Made by a program: the position numbers and the translations under genes. Positions 61,667 to 64,000 of a DNA stretch of 64,000 nt are shown here, one piece after another (the first letter of the stretch is position 1; each line of letters begins with the position of its first letter). The notes beneath the pieces are model-generated. The model saw nothing but the letters and a program-made list of their open reading frames with translations. It did no database searches and had not been told where the DNA came from. The stretch is from Ignavibacteriota bacterium (GTDB taxonomy: Bacteria; Bacteroidota; Ignavibacteria; UBA10030), in assembly GCA_963727825.1 (NCBI GenBank), contig CAVSHO010000010.1, forward strand, positions 160,001-224,000, written 5' to 3'.

Positions 61667-61690
61667 GTGTCAGGAGATATCTCCTGACAC
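61667..61690. repeat. GTGTCAGGA..TCCTGACAC palindrome, copy 2
   Basis: Perfect 24-bp palindrome GTGTCAGGAGATATCTCCTGACAC between birA and coaX. Confidence 0.7.
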
Positions 61691-61738
61691 CATTATAAAA
61701 ATAGTTTTTCGATAGACTTCTAAGCAAGAGGAATTAAT

Positions 61739-62533
61739 ATGTTTATAGCGATTGATATAGGCAACACCCATACTGTGATTGGGATATACAAGAAAGATGT
61801 TCTCATTGCCGATTGCCGATTGAAAAACGTGCTGCAAAGAACAGAAGATGAAATTTATGCACAAGTTAATTCATTACTTGTTAAAATTGGCACAAATAAA
61901 AGAAAGATCGATGGTATCGGAATCTCATCTGTAGTTCCCAATCTTACAAATGCCTATGCCGTCATGGCAGAAAAATATTTCCATCAGGAACCGATGATTG
62001 TAAGCACAGAATTGAATCTTGGAATCAAAATTCTTTACGACAATCCCGCGTCGCTCGGCGCCGATAGAATCTGTAATACAATTGCCGGTTATTCTAAATA
62101 TGGCGGACCGCTTATCATTATTGATTTCGGGACGGCTACTACCTATGATGTTGTGGCTTCAAACGGGGATTATCTCGGCGGTGTTATTGCCCCTGGAATA
62201 GAAACATCGGCAATTTCTTTACATAAACGAACGGCAAAATTGCCTCAGATAATCGAGGATAGATTAATTTTCCCTGAATCCGTAATCAATACGAATACAG
62301 TTAACAGTATGCAGACCGGAATTCTATGGGGTGCAATAGATGCAATGACTGCAATGGTGAACCGGATCCAAAAAGAACTCCATGAACGTCGATCGAAGAA
62401 AGCAGTTGTCATAGCAACAGGTGGGTTTTCAAAATTCGTTGCCGAGAAAACAAATATAATTCAGCATGTAGAACCAACACTTGTCTTAAATGGAATTTTA
62501 CTGATTTATAAACGCCTACGAAGTAATTGCTGA
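61739..62533 (+). CDS. coaX: Type III pantothenate kinase
   Basis: IDIGNT, SSVVP, LGADR, DFGTATT, GG.IAPG and ATGG motifs. Confidence 0.96.
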   Translation: MFIAIDIGNTHTVIGIYKKDVLIADCRLKNVLQRTEDEIYAQVNSLLVKIGTNKRKIDGIGISSVVPNLTNAYAVMAEKYFHQEPMIVSTELNLGIKILYDNPASLGADRICNTIAGYSKYGGPLIIIDFGTATTYDVVASNGDYLGGVIAPGIETSAISLHKRTAKLPQIIEDRLIFPESVINTNTVNSMQTGILWGAIDAMTAMVNRIQKELHERRSKKAVVIATGGFSKFVAEKTNIIQHVEPTLVLNGILLIYKRLRSNC

Positions 62534-62608
62534 CACTATCTTTTATCATTTCTTAATACGAGTTCATTGCATCTTTAGTATCTCTTTCTCTTCAATTATC
62601 CTCTTGCC

Positions 62609-64000
62609 TTAATCTAAAGCCATAGAAGAAATACTCACTCGAAACAGATTTATTTTTTTTGATGTATGAACAACATCAATCCGAAGTAAATCCAAAATAT
62701 TTGCTAATCCAAAATATGTTTCCCAATACGGTTTCCAATTATCTTGCTGTATAAAATAAGGCGATGAATTCCATGAATTAGCAATACTGGCACCGGTAAT
62801 AATTTGAATACCACTCTCCTCTAATTTTTTAGCGTTAAATGGTTTAAACAGAAGAGTTTGCCAATTATGCTCTATTTGCATTGCTATATATTTATTTCCA
62901 GCTAAATCATACTGTTGAACACCTTTCAAAACTCCGCTTGGGCCATAAAAAGACAATGCTGTTGGAGGTGTTAGTAGATGTTGGATGCTATAATCCCCGG
63001 ATACGGTTCCACCTGCTAATGAAATAAAAAAATACGGAGCATTCATCATTGTCGGATATATTGAATTCAACCGAAGACTTCCTATAAACGAATATTTCTC
63101 GTAATCAAAATCGCTCCCAAAAGCAGGTTTTGAATACTCTGCAGTAACAATAAGATGATTTCTATTCTGAACAATAAGGGATAATAAGGTCGGAGGATCA
63201 AACCCAAATTGCAATCGGATAGTATTATTTTCCCCTTCGTTGATCACTGGATTTATTTGCTGAATGTTTTTAGAAAGCGATACGCAGGAATTTTCACTTA
63301 CGGAATGATCTTGTTCAACGGTATAATATAATTTTGCAAAAAGATCATCGGTAAAATATTTATGTATACCTACATTAAACCCCTTTGAACGTAAATAGTT
63401 GAAGTAATCTACGCCGGTTATACTAAACAACAATGAATTGATCGTTTTAGAAATAAAGGGAGAAGATTGCCACGGTTGGATATTATTCCAGACATTTATA
63501 TCGATTCTGTCGAGATGATCATCGCCAAGACTATACCCGCCGCCGATTTTCCATTCAACAAATTTCAATCCCGTGGAGTATAGTATTTCGGCATTGTAAA
63601 AATAATCCATATCCATCTCATCACTATCAAACCACACGCCAGGAGTAATTCCCTCAACACGATTATTGTGCAATATCCCATGATTAAGGAATGCAATCAA
63701 CGCATTGGAGAAAAAACTTTTTGAAGTATCTGACGAAGAAGAAGCTAACCCTGATAATGCACCCTTCGGCGCGATTACTTTGTCAAGCGTTTTCGTGCTG
63801 TCCAGCTCAGCAAATGCGATCTTCTCTATTTCTGTTAACGGCAATGGACGCAATGAATCCATTGTACTGGATAAAAGTTCAGGTGGCCTCTTAGCCGGTT
63901 CAAAAAGTTGATTTTCCAGATTCGGGGCTAGCTTTGTCTTTCTGGACCGTTGCAATTTTGAGATTACTTTTGAAGTATCGGTAGTGTAACCACCGAATTT
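62609..64000 (-). CDS. Probable outer-membrane beta-barrel protein, C-terminal part (5' end outside the window)
   Basis: Frame stays open to position 64000; NRVEG motif, alternating aromatic beta-strands and E..FG..NI...LRID near the C-terminus (DUF5686-like). Confidence 0.6.
   Translation of the reverse strand, partial: KFGGYTTDTSKVISKLQRSRKTKLAPNLENQLFEPAKRPPELLSSTMDSLRPLPLTEIEKIAFAELDSTKTLDKVIAPKGALSGLASSSSDTSKSFFSNALIAFLNHGILHNNRVEGITPGVWFDSDEMDMDYFYNAEILYSTGLKFVEWKIGGGYSLGDDHLDRIDINVWNNIQPWQSSPFISKTINSLLFSITGVDYFNYLRSKGFNVGIHKYFTDDLFAKLYYTVEQDHSVSENSCVSLSKNIQQINPVINEGENNTIRLQFGFDPPTLLSLIVQNRNHLIVTAEYSKPAFGSDFDYEKYSFIGSLRLNSIYPTMMNAPYFFISLAGGTVSGDYSIQHLLTPPTALSFYGPSGVLKGVQQYDLAGNKYIAMQIEHNWQTLLFKPFNAKKLEESGIQIITGASIANSWNSSPYFIQQDNWKPYWETYFGLANILDLLRIDVVHTSKKINLFRVSISSMALD

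Overview
Bacterial chromosomal window, most likely from an Ignavibacteria-like member of the Bacteroidota/Chlorobi group. This is inferred from an RNase P RNA lacking helix P18, an MGQQQ-type pilin-like gene and general protein style; no search was run. Most of the window is housekeeping: ispG, gap-pgk, purD, guaB, NtrC-type regulators, nif3-rnhA-rnpB-recJ-yebC-ruvCAB, mpg, uvrA, hsp20-hsp20-dnaK-clpB and birA-coaX. An accessory stretch at about 48.2-59.2 kb holds a nucleotidyltransferase, a single-chain restriction-modification enzyme, a DUF559 nuclease, a pilin-like gene and a Pif1-type helicase. I saw no rRNA, tRNA, CRISPR array, integrase or transposase. The most unusual signal is a set of tiny (19-41 bp) GC-rich palindromic elements that nest inside each other and sit in-frame in mpg and the DUF559 gene, with a related insert in RNase P RNA. 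Other highlights are a synonymously diverged duplicate of the RM gene's 3' end fused to the DUF559 gene, an oversized rnpB, an orphan acylating aldehyde dehydrogenase with encapsulation-peptide-like tails, and a spirochaete/kinetoplastid-like GAPDH. Four single-base indels (spy-like gene, pgk, clpB, cbpA) look like sequencing errors. All family assignments come from motif recognition by eye.
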